Shown here piece by piece: positions 1 through 13,797 of a stretch of DNA of 64,000 nucleotides. The notes beneath the pieces are model-generated. The model saw only the letters and a program-made list of their open reading frames with translations, was not told where the DNA came from and searched no databases. The translations under genes were made by a program, and so were the position numbers. Origin of the DNA: Octopus sinensis (lineage: Eukaryota); the NCBI RefSeq assembly GCF_006345805.1, contig NW_021832851.1, forward strand, positions 1 through 64,000. The letters are read 5' to 3'. The first letter of the stretch is position 1. Each line of letters begins with the position of its first letter.

Positions 1-858
1 GATGACGGGTATAAATATAGTTTCTGATACGAGCACTTTGATTTCTAGCTACTGTACAGGTATTTCGGAAAACTTGAGAAAAGCAATGGGTATTAATATT
101 TCAATAGTCTTGCACACAAGCATTAATTTAAACGGCAATATGTCTCTCTCTCCCTCTCGCTCTCTCTCTCGTTAGATATACACCTTGCACACACAGACGT
201 ATATATAGATATATATATACATTTGCATAATTATATATGTTCTCTGTGCGTATATGCGCGCATATGTGCAAACGTCGGAGGGGACAGATGGCTGCCTGGC
301 TGGATGAAGAAAAGGATGAATAAGAATGTATTTCTCCAAACCAGATTGAATTATACCCATTCAAATCACACATATTTATGATTTCATTCAATTGTTAATG
401 TATTCTTCGTGGTTGCTTACAGATGCGATTGTCTTTAGCTAACCTTTAAGAATCGGCTTCTTTGTACACAGCTACATCCATATACGTACTAACCTATGGA
501 CACATACACACACAGGCACACACTCACATAATCAAGTATCTACACGCCTGGAGAACTGCGTTGCGTAAAAACAGCTGTAGCGATTGAAAAATAAGTGGCA
601 AACTGTGGCCCTTCTAGTTGACTCCCAATTTTTTCAATTGTATAAATTTATCATTATCGATTTAAAGATATAGTCACGAAAAGCCGTAGTCAATTTAATT
701 TTTATTTAATTTATTGATTTTTTAAGTAATATTTATTACAATATATTAAAATTTTTTCTATATAATATGGATAATGTCTTTCACCATTGAATTGCTGAAT
801 AGAGGTTATTTCTCTTAATTATATACATATATATATGTGTATGTATATATATAATATG

Positions 859-894
<36 letters not shown>

Positions 895-940
895 GTGTGT
901 GTGTGTGTGAATTTAGATTATATGTATATATGTATATATG

Positions 941-973
<33 letters not shown>

Positions 974-1260
974 ATAATATTATATAATATATATATATTG
1001 TTATATTTCGGAATGGTCATTTTGCCAGTTTACCCAATAAAAACACAAGCATATATTTATATACATGTATATATGGATGTTGGCATGTATGTAGATATAC
1101 ATGATATTATATTATGATGCAATGCATCATGATTTAAGGATTCCTTTGCGAAGCCCGGTAAACCTCCATCTCTTCTGTTGCTCTTACCTGTCACTTTCCC
1201 CCTGTTAAATGTCGCATCTCTTCATGTTCTTTCTCGTTTAGTTAATCTGTTTTTGCTATA

Positions 1261-1494
1261 CAGGGTGGACGAAAAGTAGGTTTACTGTTATCAAGCAGGC
1301 ACTTTAAATTTCTTTTAAAACATTTTATTACGTTTAAATTTCTATCTTACAAACTGAAAAGGGAGCTTGATAAAATTAACTAAATTTGAATAAAATAATG
1401 GCTTCATATTTTTTGATAATTAAGATCCAAACAGTTAATATATGAATGCGAAAGAGTTAGTTGAATAACTGCAAACCAAATTTGGGCCACCCTG
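1261..1494. mobile_element. Tc1/mariner-type MITE, 234 bp
   Basis: Starts CAGGGTGG (1261-1268) and ends CCACCCTG (1487-1494). TA on both sides; no coding capacity inside. Confidence 0.6.
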
Positions 1495-1897
1495 TATATT
1501 ATCCATGTATTCATATTTGTAGCGATATTCATTTACCCTTTTGTTCTCAATTTTTATAATTTATTTATTTTACTTTATCGGCATTCGAAAATTCTACAAA
1601 TTTTGCATTGAATTTATCGTTGCTTTCAGATATGCTGTTTCCTTACATCATTTCGTAACGCCCGTTTTATTCATCTATACATCGTTCGTTATTATTGTCC
1701 ATTATTTCTGTCAGTGCCAAACTCTGATACCCAGATCATTCCATTAATATTCAAATGTTATGATATCCCTCCAGTCAGCTTTACATCATCATTCAATTAT
1801 TGGACAATTACTGCAGCAACACCTTTTACATCATTTCTAGACGTGTGCGTGTGTTTTCTGTGTATATGTGTGTGTATGTGCGCGTGCGTATAGTATA

Positions 1898-2110
1898 TTC
1901 TTTTATCCTTCTATTTATTTCAGTCATTTGACTGCGGCCACGCTTGAGTACCGCCTTTAGTCGAACAAATCGACCCCAGCACTTATTCTTTGTAAGACTA
2001 GTATTTATTGTCGTTCTCTTTTGCCGAACAGCTAATTTACGCGGACGTAAACACACCAACATCGGTTGTCAAGCGTTGGTGGGGGTACAACACAGATAAA
2101 CACACCACAC
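1898..2110 (-). mobile_element. SINE family A, 3' half
   Basis: Reverse complement of the tail (ggcggtgctccagcatggccgcagtcaaatgactgaaac) and body seen in the full copy at 8755-9160. Confidence 0.85.
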
Positions 2111-2604
2111 ACACAACTACACACACACATACACACACACCACAGTAACCCTTTGTTTTCACTGTCCAGTTTATGTTACCTATATTTACCCTCCGCCAAA
2201 TTCCAAATTCTATTTAATTTGCTTTGGCACACACACATACATATATATATATCCTGTGAGGATGAACACAATGACATTGAAATTGTACGGTCTAGTGGTC
2301 CCGTTGCTGAAAGATGGTAGGGGTTCACTCATCTGCTCGCTATGAATGAATATCACCTGCAGATTGCATTAAGTAACCAACTGGAAGAGGCTTCCTCCGT
2401 AGGTTAAAATTGTAGTAACTTTTAAGTAGCGATAACCATTACTTCTATATATATACATATAAATATATATGCATGTACATATATATACATATGCATATAT
2501 GTATAATATATATATATTATATATATATATATAATATAATATATATATATATAATATATATATATATATAATATATGTATGTATGTATGTATGTGTATAT
2601 GTTT

Positions 2605-2790
2605 GTGTGTCTGTGTTTCTCCCCCTCCCCAACATCACTTGACAACCAGTGCTGGTGTATTTACGTTCCCGTAACTTAACGGCAACATATGCAATAGACT
2701 AAGTCGTTGGGTTCGATTTCCTCGACTAAAGGCGGTGCTCCAGCATGGCAGCAGTCAAATAACTGAAACAAGTTAAAGAGAGAGTAAAGA
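2605..2790 (+). mobile_element. SINE family A, 3' half
   Basis: cttgacaacc...ctaaaggcggtgctccagcatggcagcagtcaaataactgaaacaag matches the family tail. Confidence 0.85.
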
Positions 2791-2835
<45 letters not shown>

Positions 2836-3485
2836 ATATATTATATATATATATATTTATATATATATTGGTGAGTAGAGCTCCAGGCAGGGGGAGGTAA
2901 TAAGGGATTTCTTCCGGTATAAGGGAGATAATTACTTTATTTATTTATTTATTTATTTTTAATGGGGCACTTCATAACGAAGACATGACACGATGTAGGT
3001 AAAGAACTTTGAGAAATTGAAAAGTTTACACGAAACCGGTTTTTCTCCAAAAACTATGTTACTATACACAAAATTTTATAAAAATTTTATAACATTTTTC
3101 TAACATAACGACTTAAATATATTCTTTAACCTTAGAAAACAAGCCTGCTGTAGTTTTTTTCACTCTTTTCTATTTATATATATATATATACATTTTATAT
3201 GTGTATATATATATATACCTCTAAAAGGCTATGCTATATGAGATCTCAAAATATTCCTCAGTGTTCTGCGTTCCAACACGTCATTCACTTCTAGTGAAAA
3301 ATGAATGCTAACTTTCGTTTTAATGCTGTTTCTGTCACAATTAGTTGTTTGATATATGTACATATATACATCTCTACGTACTGGTCCTGAATAGCGTTCT
3401 CAGTCACATTGATGACGTATATGTTTCTGCGTTTCGGTTGAAAAATTGCTAAAAAGCCACCCTTATTATTAATTTATACATTTAC

Positions 3486-3705
3486 CATTTATTGAATCAT
3501 CATAGGATTTATACAGTGTTCTTATAAGTTGACAAGGGCAGTTGATTTTAACTGCTACCGTCGAATCGGTATTGATCTGGTTGTGTCCGATACTTCGGGA
3601 TCTCGCCTCCCTTGTTGGTATGTGGCTAGGAGTTGTTTGGCTCTCATTTCTAGCAATACTGGTGATGAATAGCGCTCTGAATCGCTTTAGATATTCGTAA
3701 ATCAT
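3486..3705 (-). CDS. Candidate coding exon, unknown product (MIYEYLKRF...SYDDSIN-G)
   Basis: True ATG at 3705-3703, open non-repetitive frame, possible donor G|GTAAAT at 3485. No homology recognised. Confidence 0.15.
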
Positions 3706-3869
3706 TCAAGATCACACAAAAACCGTTAGTTCCACTCCAAAATATTTTCGTCGCTTTGAAATCGCGACATGTTCACTATCAAAACTTGGCTCGCTGCACT
3801 TGTTTCTCTTTCAGCACACGGTCTCAGTTCACATCACTTGCTAGGCAGTTACATCTCCGTAAGATATTA

Positions 3870-3940
<71 letters not shown>

Positions 3941-4734
3941 ATATATAGTATATATATATATAGAATATATATATGTAATGTATGTATATATTGTATGTAT
4001 GTATGTATATATATATATATATATTGTATGTATATGTGTATATATAATACGTGTATATATATATATACATATATAGATTTTTATAATATATATATATATA
4101 CACAAATACGCACACATATATATGCGTATACCAATATATATCTATATATATATATTCTTATTAATGCTTACTCAAATCAGTTGGGATACAGCCATGATGT
4201 AATATAATAGTTTAATACATGAAATCACCGATGGCAATTCTCAGTGTATATATAACATAATATGCATACAAGCAATTTAAATTAAAATGATTATTGACTT
4301 TTCTCTAAGGAAATTTAAAATCCTTGAGAGGAACATGATGCCTTTAGTAATATTTTTGTATTAACAATGTAGCAATCCGGTTCCAAATGAAAAGTGAAAA
4401 ATACTAAATTTTCTTGTATAGAAATAATTTGTTAATTACAGATTCTGACAGATTCTATTTATATATAATAATAAATGTCAATAGACATTAGAATATTTAA
4501 GTAGTAATAATCTCTAGAAAGAATATTTAATTTTACAGCTTGGAACGGCATTGTGAATATTTTCTTTTTTGTGAAGTAATATAACAGGATTTAAGAACAG
4601 TTGATATTGTTTTCTTTACCGTGTGTTTTTATTGAACATTTAGATAATTATGTATTTATTCATTTAATTATTTCGTTATAAGACAGCTATTTACATTCTG
4701 TTTGATATTTATTTGAATAAATATTTGAATGCAT

Positions 4735-5272
<538 letters not shown>

Positions 5273-5357
5273 TCTACCAGAATTCTTTCTATAATATACA
5301 AAGTGCTTGAAATTTTGCGGAAGCTCACTATCCGATTACATCGAGCACAGTTCTCAA

Positions 5358-5462
5358 CTGTAACTTATTTCCTCGATTTGGAAGGATTGAAAGATAAAGT
5401 CGACCATGGAGGATTTACAAATCAGAACATAAAGAATGATGAAATGGCGCTAATCATTTTGT
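5358..5462 (-). mobile_element. SINE family B fragment
   Basis: gaaggattgaaagataaagtcgaccatggaggatttacaaatcagaac is a diverged reverse complement of the family-B core gttctgagttcaaattccgccgaggtcgactttgcctttcatcc. Confidence 0.65.
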
Positions 5463-6002
5463 CACTTGTATTAATGATAATTCTAGTGTAATGCAATCAA
5501 CAAGAAACAATACTACAAAATACGGCACTGCTGCGTAATTCGCTCTGAAAATATAACAAGTACGGCTATTTATAAGTGCGGACCTTAGCTTCTATCGACA
5601 CCGTCGTATGTTATAATAAATTTTATAATTGAATTGTGCGGATATGACGTAATCTCAAGTAACGATCCATATATATTTTAATTGTTCATTTCCGTTAAAA
5701 AAAATAAATTAGGCTTCGGTGTTTTTCGTCATACAAAGACTTGCAATTAGATAGCTGATAGTTTGCATATGGATACATCTTTTAAGGAGATGTTCAAAGA
5801 GGAGATGTGACTTTTTTTCGCAGTTTTTTCTGATATATTTTTTTGAGACCGGACAACAAACAAACATATGATCGCCAGCACAAGGGACTGATATAAGTTA
5901 ACATATACTTAGTGGAATTAGGTGAATTAGTAGTGAATTGGTAAAAAAAAACGAACTTACAAAATGTCAGAATAAATATACATGTATAAATATATATATA
6001 TA

Positions 6003-6925
6003 TCGGGTCATCTCTTAAATAATGCGTTTTTTTTCAATTGCATTAACTAAAAGTCGGAGGGGGACGAGATACACCACCTGCATCAACTTGCTATAAGACC
6101 AGCCAGTAATTTTACCTTATACATAATCTTAGCGTAAGTTTTGAAGAGTGTAGATTGATTTTACCAGTTATTTTTTCAAAGCTATAATGCAAGCGGTAAA
6201 GGAGCATATTCGGCACCGAAGGTGCGAGGAATATTATTGCAGTATATAGGGCTCGGACAGTAAGCGTAGGCCAGTGTCAACAATGGTTCCAAAAATTTCA
6301 AACTGGAAACTACAGCCTAGAAAGCGAACCTCGCCCGGCAATACCTGTAGATCTTGACGAGGAAGTCCTGCAAAAACTGATGAAACAAAATCACATCGGA
6401 ACTTTTGAGGAACTAGCAGAGAGGCTTAGATTCAGTCATTCAAAAATTCATCGACACCTGTGTATCATCGGAAAAGTCAGCAAATTGGGTCAATGGGTTC
6501 CTAACAAACTTTCCGCCTCTCCTTTGCTGTCACATCTCACGAATGAAACTTTTTTGGACTCAATAGTAACTGGTGACGAGAAATGGGTTTTCTATAAAAA
6601 ATGTCAAGCGCCGAAGAGATTGCGTAGAGAAAGGAGAAACATCGGCACCCCAGACAAAAGATGGTCTTCACCCACATAAGGTGTTGTTATCTGTTTGGTG
6701 TTATATGAAAAATTTATTCCACTTTGGACTTTTAAACCTAAACCAAATGTTAACAAAGGAGATCTACAACAAGAAGCTTGCACGGCTTATGTCAGAGCTA
6801 GAAGAAAACGACCACCTTTGGTTTCAAGACAAAAGGTGTTCTTCCATCGGGATAATGCTCGGCCACATACAGCAAGGATGATATTACAAAGGCTGATGAA
6901 CGTGCGCATGTACGGGAAACTATTA
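6003..6925 (+). mobile_element. Decayed mariner transposon, 3' truncated
   Basis: ATG at 6187 (MQAVKEHIRH); motifs WVPNKL, IVTGDEKWVFY and FHRDNARPHTA spread over shifted frames. The 5' flank matches the copy at 50480-51170. Confidence 0.9.
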
Positions 6926-6949
6926 CATATATATATATATATGCATTAG

Positions 6950-6994
<45 letters not shown>

Positions 6995-7007
6995 TGTGTG
7001 TGTGTAT

Positions 7008-7092
7008 GTATTTCAGCCATAAGACTGCGGTCATGTTCGGGCGCCAGCTTGAAGAATTTTAGTTGAGCAAATCGAACCCAGTACTTATTCGT
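7008..7092 (-). mobile_element. SINE family A, tail fragment
   Basis: tttcagccataagactgcggtcatgttcgggcgcc...atcgaacccagtacttattc. Confidence 0.7.
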
Positions 7093-8530
7093 ATATTTTG
7101 GCTATAATTTGGTTACAAATGGTTTCAAAATACATTGTATATAGTTTCTAGTTTTTAGAAAGAAAAAGATAGAACATGCTGAAGTTGAACTTTATATTTT
7201 TACAAAATATTTATCTATAATATTTAGGTAATTGGTTCCAAAATTTCATGATTTTGAAAAGAGTTGTAAGATGGGAGAGCCCAGATTTATGCTGTATTTG
7301 TCTTGAATCTAAACGGAATTTGGAAATCTCTTTTCCCGACTTTCCATATAGACCCATAAGCAACCATATAACCAGCTTCCAGTACTTCCTGTGCAAATGC
7401 CATATCTCCGTAGCTATTCTGAAAAACTATTATACTATCAATAACACATTCATTGAATAAAGACAGTCTTGGCTGTTTCATTCAATTAGTGTCCATGTCA
7501 AAGGTAATATCAATACTATCACATGACAAATGATAGTACAGCACAACTATCATCCATACTGTCATTTGAGTCGCTGATTTGTGATTATCTTCTTCCAACA
7601 AAACTGTACTTCAATTAATAGCAATTTCACCCCTAATATTTCTATATCAGAAGCAAATTCTCAAAATTCATTTATAATCGCGATCCAGTATCGCTGATCT
7701 CAGAGTCTATCTGTCTCCCATGACAACTGAAATTCATGAATCTCTGTCACCTCCTATGTAAGTATGACACAGACATTTTAATGACTCCAAACAGTTTTTC
7801 AAATTTCCTTTTCTTTATTTTAATATATGCGCAGACATTTATATGGAGACACGTACACAAGTACAAAATCAGACACACACACACAAACACATACACACTC
7901 CACACATATGGAAAAATGTAGACATGTATGGCCAATTAATTTAGAAATTCCAAATCAGGCCTTTTCACTTCGTTTGTGTTGTGTTGTGTCTAGTGAAAAT
8001 GTCCTTGTGCTTTAGAATCGATTCATCCTGAGAATGAAATTATATCGTATTTACGTTTGTGTGTGTGTGTATGATCTGTATGGTATTTTGTTTACAGAAA
8101 TCTCATTTAGATCGGTCATTATATGGTGATTATGAATGAAAAAATTGTATAGCACTGAAACGATATACTGATGAGAATTGATATAACATTGATATATTAT
8201 ATACGTTATAAATAGTTATGTCGCTATCTCTATGTAGCTATCTCAGCCTGGTGAAATATATATAACTCACTGACTCATGTTAAATCATAGTCATATGCTC
8301 TCATGTGTATATAAACATATACTGAATTTATACTTAGGATGTCTAGCGTTTTGCTGATACAAATTGGGTTTGATCCGAGGGCTTTGAGTTGGCTCATGTC
8401 TTGCTGCAACCGATTTCTGGTAAACTAACAAAGGAACCTTTATTACCGCGATCGACTTGCTTGTTGTAGCTATTAAATTCCTTCAAATCAGACCGAACAG
8501 ACTTAAGCATACTTTCATTATGTAGAAGAA

Positions 8531-8724
8531 TTAGGTTCCAAGTTGAAATACAGCCGAAATCAATTTTATCTTCCATGCTTTGGGGGTCAAAATATTCAAT
8601 TTGCTCTCTCTCCTCAAAATTAGAAATGAGATCGATCCTGCAGCTCCCGCCAGTAAACATAGAGCGTTGTTATAGCCGATATATCTATCATTGGTCATGA
8701 GTGCAAATGCTCTCTCAAAGATCT
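8531..8724 (-). CDS. Candidate exon or pseudo-exon, unknown product (xIFERAFALMTNDRYIGYNNALCLLAGAAG...FQLGT*)
   Basis: Strong acceptor ttttttccag| at 8725 followed by a 63-codon open frame. An overlapping 88-aa ORF lies in another frame. No homology recognised. Confidence 0.15.
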
Positions 8725-8754
8725 CTGGAAAAAATATATAAACAGCAACAATAT

Positions 8755-9151
8755 AGGCGTAGGAGTGGCTGTGTGGAAAGTAGCTTGCTTACCAACAACA
8801 TGCTTCCGGGTTCAGTCCCACTGCGTGGCACCTTGGGCAAGTGTCTTCTACTATAGCCTCGGGCCGACCAAAACCTTGTGAGTGGATTTGATAAACGGAA
8901 ACTGAAAGAAGCTCGTCGTATGTATATATATATGTGTGTATGGGTGTGCGTGTGTGTGTTTGTGTGTCTGTGTTCGTTCCCCCAGCATCGCTTGACAACC
9001 GATGCTGGTGTGTTTCCGTCCCCGTAACTTAGCGGTTCGACAAAAGGGTCCGATAGAACAAGTACTAGGCTTACAAAGAATAAGTCCTGGGATCGGGTTC
9101 CTCAACTAAAGGCGGTGCTCCAGCATGGCCACATTCAAATGACTGAAACAA

Positions 9152-9160
<9 letters not shown>
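8755..9160 (+). mobile_element. SINE family A, full length (tRNA-like head, CORE-like segment, internal TA/TG microsatellite, LINE-like tail)
   Basis: Head ggcgtaggagtggctgtgtgg (A-box-like), gggttcagtccc (B-box-like), ccttgggcaagtgtctt, and tail ggcggtgctccagcatggccac...tgactgaaacaag. Confidence 0.9.
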
Positions 9161-9185
<25 letters not shown>

Positions 9186-9241
9186 TGATAATAACACCAT
9201 TCCTGCTACTACTACCAACATTACCAAACACCCCCACCACG

Positions 9242-9283
9242 ACTACTACTACTACTACTACTACTCCTAGTAGTAGTAGTAGT

Positions 9284-9343
<60 letters not shown>
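9242..9343. repeat. (ACT)8 directly followed by long (AGT)n, an inverted microsatellite
   Basis: Read directly; centre cctag. Confidence 0.9.
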
Positions 9344-9344
<1 letters not shown>

Positions 9345-9454
9345 TTTTCTACTTTAAAATGTCTTCGTTTTCAAAAAAGAAAATTTCTTCTCTGAAAACC
9401 ACGCCAAAGATTTCAAACCCACACACTGATTCGACACCGTTTCTCCGTTTCTCA

Positions 9455-9496
<42 letters not shown>

Positions 9497-10249
9497 TACA
9501 CAAACACAGACATACACACACACACAAACACACACACATACACACACGCGCGCACTGAATTTGTTGAATAACCGCACACAAAGTCAAGTTCAAATGCCAC
9601 CAGCCAAACAGACGTATACTGCAAAATGTTGCCATACATGCATGCATACTTGCACAACTAACCACATATATTACAATATGCATCTCTTACGTATGTATAA
9701 ACACATACACCTACACAAATATATGTGCGTGTGTATGTATGTACGTACGTAGGTATCTATGTATGCGTGCGTACACATATAAAGGCACATATATCTATCT
9801 GCATTAATTGTATATGCCTATATATACATATATACATATTTGCGTATATGTGTATGTAATGTGCAGGAATGTAGTTTGTATTAATGTAGTAATGTAGAAG
9901 ACCATGTAGAGTTATAAATAAATGTTTACACAGATGGAAAGAAGGGAAGAAAAAAAAAAGGACACACAAGTTGCTGTGAAGAGCTTATCTCAAGCTTTAC
10001 ACAACACGTCTTCAAATAAGCGTATAGAAGGCCTGCGTAAACTAATATATTGCCCAGTCGGCTATAAGAGGATTAACAGACTAATAATAGGTACGGATCG
10101 TGATAGGGCATAATGTTAAGGTTGAACCCTAAAGTAACAAGCATCAGGAATTAAAAAGAAAAGACCAGATCAAGGAAACGATATACATAGACATACATGC
10201 GTATATATTATATATATTATATATATATATATATTATATATATATATTA

Positions 10250-10294
<45 letters not shown>

Positions 10295-10435
10295 CAATGG
10301 AGAGAGTTGCATATAAAAAATATAGTGATATCTATATCTGTCTGCCTCTCTCTATATATATGCAGGCATATGTATAAATGTATATGAATAGAATGAATAT
10401 ATATATATAATATATATATATATAATATATATATA

Positions 10436-10476
<41 letters not shown>

Positions 10477-11458
10477 TATGGTCTCTCTGTTTTTAGCTTA
10501 TTTTCTTTCTTCTTCAGAGTTTAATATGTAGATACAGGCTCCACTTCGAAGGAAACAAATTAGGTTCCGTATATATCTGTAAATATACATATATATACAT
10601 ATATGTATGTATATATATGTATATATATATATGTATGCGTGTATGTATATACATATATGTTTATCTATATATGTATATATATGTATATACATATGCATAT
10701 ACAGACTCATACATACGTACAGAAATACATGCATTCATGCATACATATAAATAAGGAACCTTGTTTTTTTTTTCCTTTTAATTGGTTGCCGTGAAACCGT
10801 ACGCCGCTAGTCTACTTATAGATTGAATATAGCTCAAATAGAAGGAACAGCACTATTTGTAATTCTAAAAGAATGCTTGAGACAACAACAACAACAACAT
10901 CAACTACTACTACTACTACTATTATCACTACAACTCTTACTACAAAAGCAAGAGCCGCGGCAGTAATATCAGTAGCAGCAGAGTTAATACAAAACTAAAA
11001 TGTAATACGAAAAGGCAAACAAGAAGGTGTGAAACTTTCTATAAAAAACAAAAAAACTTAGAAGAACAAAACACAAACGCAAGTAAAAATCTCAGAATTT
11101 TACAATAGCTTCACACTCTCACCTTCTGCAACTCTTTAAATGTTATTGTAGTTTGCCTACAGGATCTAAATACATCTAACAAAATATCAGGCAATTTTTC
11201 TTTTCTTTTCTTCACTTGTACCTCTTTTTTTTTGTTGTTTTTGATGGTTGTTTACTTTTTTTCTTGTTTGTTGTTTCTTTTTTCCCCCTTTTGAATGCAA
11301 TATCGTACGGAATTGCATCGTATTCAAAGAAAACCGAACAACTTAAAGTGCGCGTTGTACATTTGTGTATATGTGTATACATTCATATATATTTACATTT
11401 ATATATAATATATAGATATATAGATATACCCAAATATACGTGTATAAATATATATATA

Positions 11459-11513
<55 letters not shown>

Positions 11514-11717
11514 TATATATATGTGTGTGTAACATACAAGTCTATACAATATATATATGCCTACATACATACATACATATATGTCTATCAATGCATATAA
11601 GTATGTTCATATATACAAGCATTTGTAATAATATATAAATACAATGCTTATTCTAGTTTTCAGATTCGTACTTGAGAGGGCGCCTATGTATGTATGTATG
11701 CATGTACGTATATACAT

Positions 11718-11786
<69 letters not shown>

Positions 11787-12088
11787 ACATACATACATAT
11801 ACACATATGTATGTACATTACCGACACACACACATTCATGCATATATTTTAGTACGACAATGTATGTATTTTATGTATTTCATGGACTATTTGTTTAAAA
11901 TAACAGTTCATTGATCTGCCTTCATAGCTACATATTTGATTCTTTTGAATGTTTTTATATCTCAGTTCTGAAATGTGTTGATTTGTCTCGAATAACAATG
12001 TAACATTCACACACATATAGACACGTATGTATAACATACGCATATATATGTATTCGTGCGTGTGTGTATTTATATATACACACACACT

Positions 12089-12167
<79 letters not shown>

Positions 12168-12974
12168 TGATCTTGTGCGTGATCAGGTGTGTGGAGGGTG
12201 TGTTTGTGAGTGCGAATGAGTGAGGGCAATAATGTGTGTGCTTTCATCTCATCTTCTCCAAAAACAATTTATTCTGAAGAGCAAAAAGGCACGGAAATGA
12301 AACTTATACAACTGACCAACTGGAGTTCCTTCCTCTCATGCGAAATCTCAAACTATTCATTGTCGACCCAGAACATGAACACTAATTAAATGTGGGATAT
12401 GTAAGTAGTATCCCCCAATAGAATAGCCCGCGTATGGGCGCTCAGTGTTCCTTCATAACATATGAGCTGCACGCTTAAACATCACATTGTGATTTGTCGT
12501 GATTTAAGTGTATCTCAGCATTTGTCGATGTGGCATACATTCAAGATTCTGGCTTCTCTAGGAACCAAATAAACTGAAGAAAGCCGGACTTATCAAATGA
12601 CTACATAATCCATTCTTCCTTTACAACACTCTGTAAATTGGTTTTTCTTTGCTCATAAATACGTAATGTGATACAGTCAGACTGGAAATTTCTTCTGCAG
12701 ATATATTGCGCTACCAACGCTCGCATATATGTACATTACGGCTTGTTGCTAAGTCACACGTCTTAAAACAACTGAAGCAATATTTTTTCTATTTTATTTA
12801 GCTTACAATTATGTATTTTTAATTTATCTGCTTCGTAATGTATCTATGCTAGATGTTGTTTCTACTTTTTAGACCTAGCTCATCCTGAGTCTGCAGCACT
12901 ATGATAAAATGTGTTCCACTCTTCATACTGTATTTCTGTAGTTGTATCTGTTGTTGCAGTATCTATTAACGTTA

Positions 12975-13035
12975 AGGAATTTTGTCCTGTTACTGGAGGA
13001 ATTTTGTCCTATTGCTGGAGGAATATTTCCTAAGG
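12975..13035. repeat. 22-bp tandem duplication, about 2.5 copies
   Basis: aggaattttgtcctgttactgg / aggaattttgtcctattgctgg / aggaatatttcctaagg. Confidence 0.85.
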
Positions 13036-13288
13036 ATGTCTAACAGCTAGGGCAACAACAGCGTAGTCCCTGTGAATGTCTGGATTGCAACAGTAAAACT
13101 ATAGGACGCCACGGGGTCCTGTAGTGTTAGGTATAGGGTGGAAACAACATGAGTGACTTACAGAAAGCGGCGTAAATCAAGGAATCTGATTCAGCTTTCC
13201 TGATTCGAAGAGAAGTTCTATTCATATTTTTTACATTATATATATTATTTACATTCGGCGGATATTTGTCCTCATCTTGCTTGTTGTT

Positions 13289-13334
13289 AACACAACGTTT
13301 CGGCTGATATACCCTCCCGCCTTCTTCAGGTGTC
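13289..13334 (-). ncRNA. Type I hammerhead ribozyme motif, minimal (Penelope-type)
   Basis: Minus strand reads gacac-CUGAAGA-a-ggcgg-[gagggtatat]-cagcc-GAAAC-GUU^-gtgtt. Stem I intact (5 bp), stem II has one mismatch, stem III is the palindrome AACGUU. Confidence 0.7.
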
Positions 13335-13389
13335 TTGGGGAAATTTCGAACCTGCGTTCTCATTCCTAAGGTATTTTTCGATGTTTTGT

Positions 13390-13560
<171 letters not shown>

Positions 13561-13751
13561 TTATTTTTATTTTTATTGTTGTTGTTGTTGAGGTTACTGC
13601 TTGGAATCGAACTCGGAATCTTGGGGTTAAGAGCGCGGGCTACTAACCTCAAGATTCTGAGTTCGATTTCAAGCAATAATAATAATAATAATAATAATAA
13701 CAACATCGAAAATGCCTTAGGAATAAGAACCCAGGTTCGAAATTCGCCTAA

Positions 13752-13797
13752 GGTACCTGAAGAAGGCTGGAGGGTATATCAGCCGAAACGTTGATTT
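13752..13797 (+). ncRNA. Hammerhead motif, second copy, stem I decayed
   Basis: CTGAAGA 13757-13763, ggctg/cagcc stem II, GAAAC 13785-13789, GTT 13790-13792. The flanks ggtac/gattt do not pair. Confidence 0.5.

Noticed and set aside
7211-7481. Three overlapping ORFs, one ending KFWNQLPK like a LINE C-terminus
   Set aside because: Only one short motif matches, with no other RT features and no preferred frame.
13594-13679. tRNA-like sequences here and at 26690-26749, 36870-36938 and 44550-44610
   Set aside because: They lack complete acceptor stems and run into SINE bodies, so they are SINE heads, not tRNA genes.
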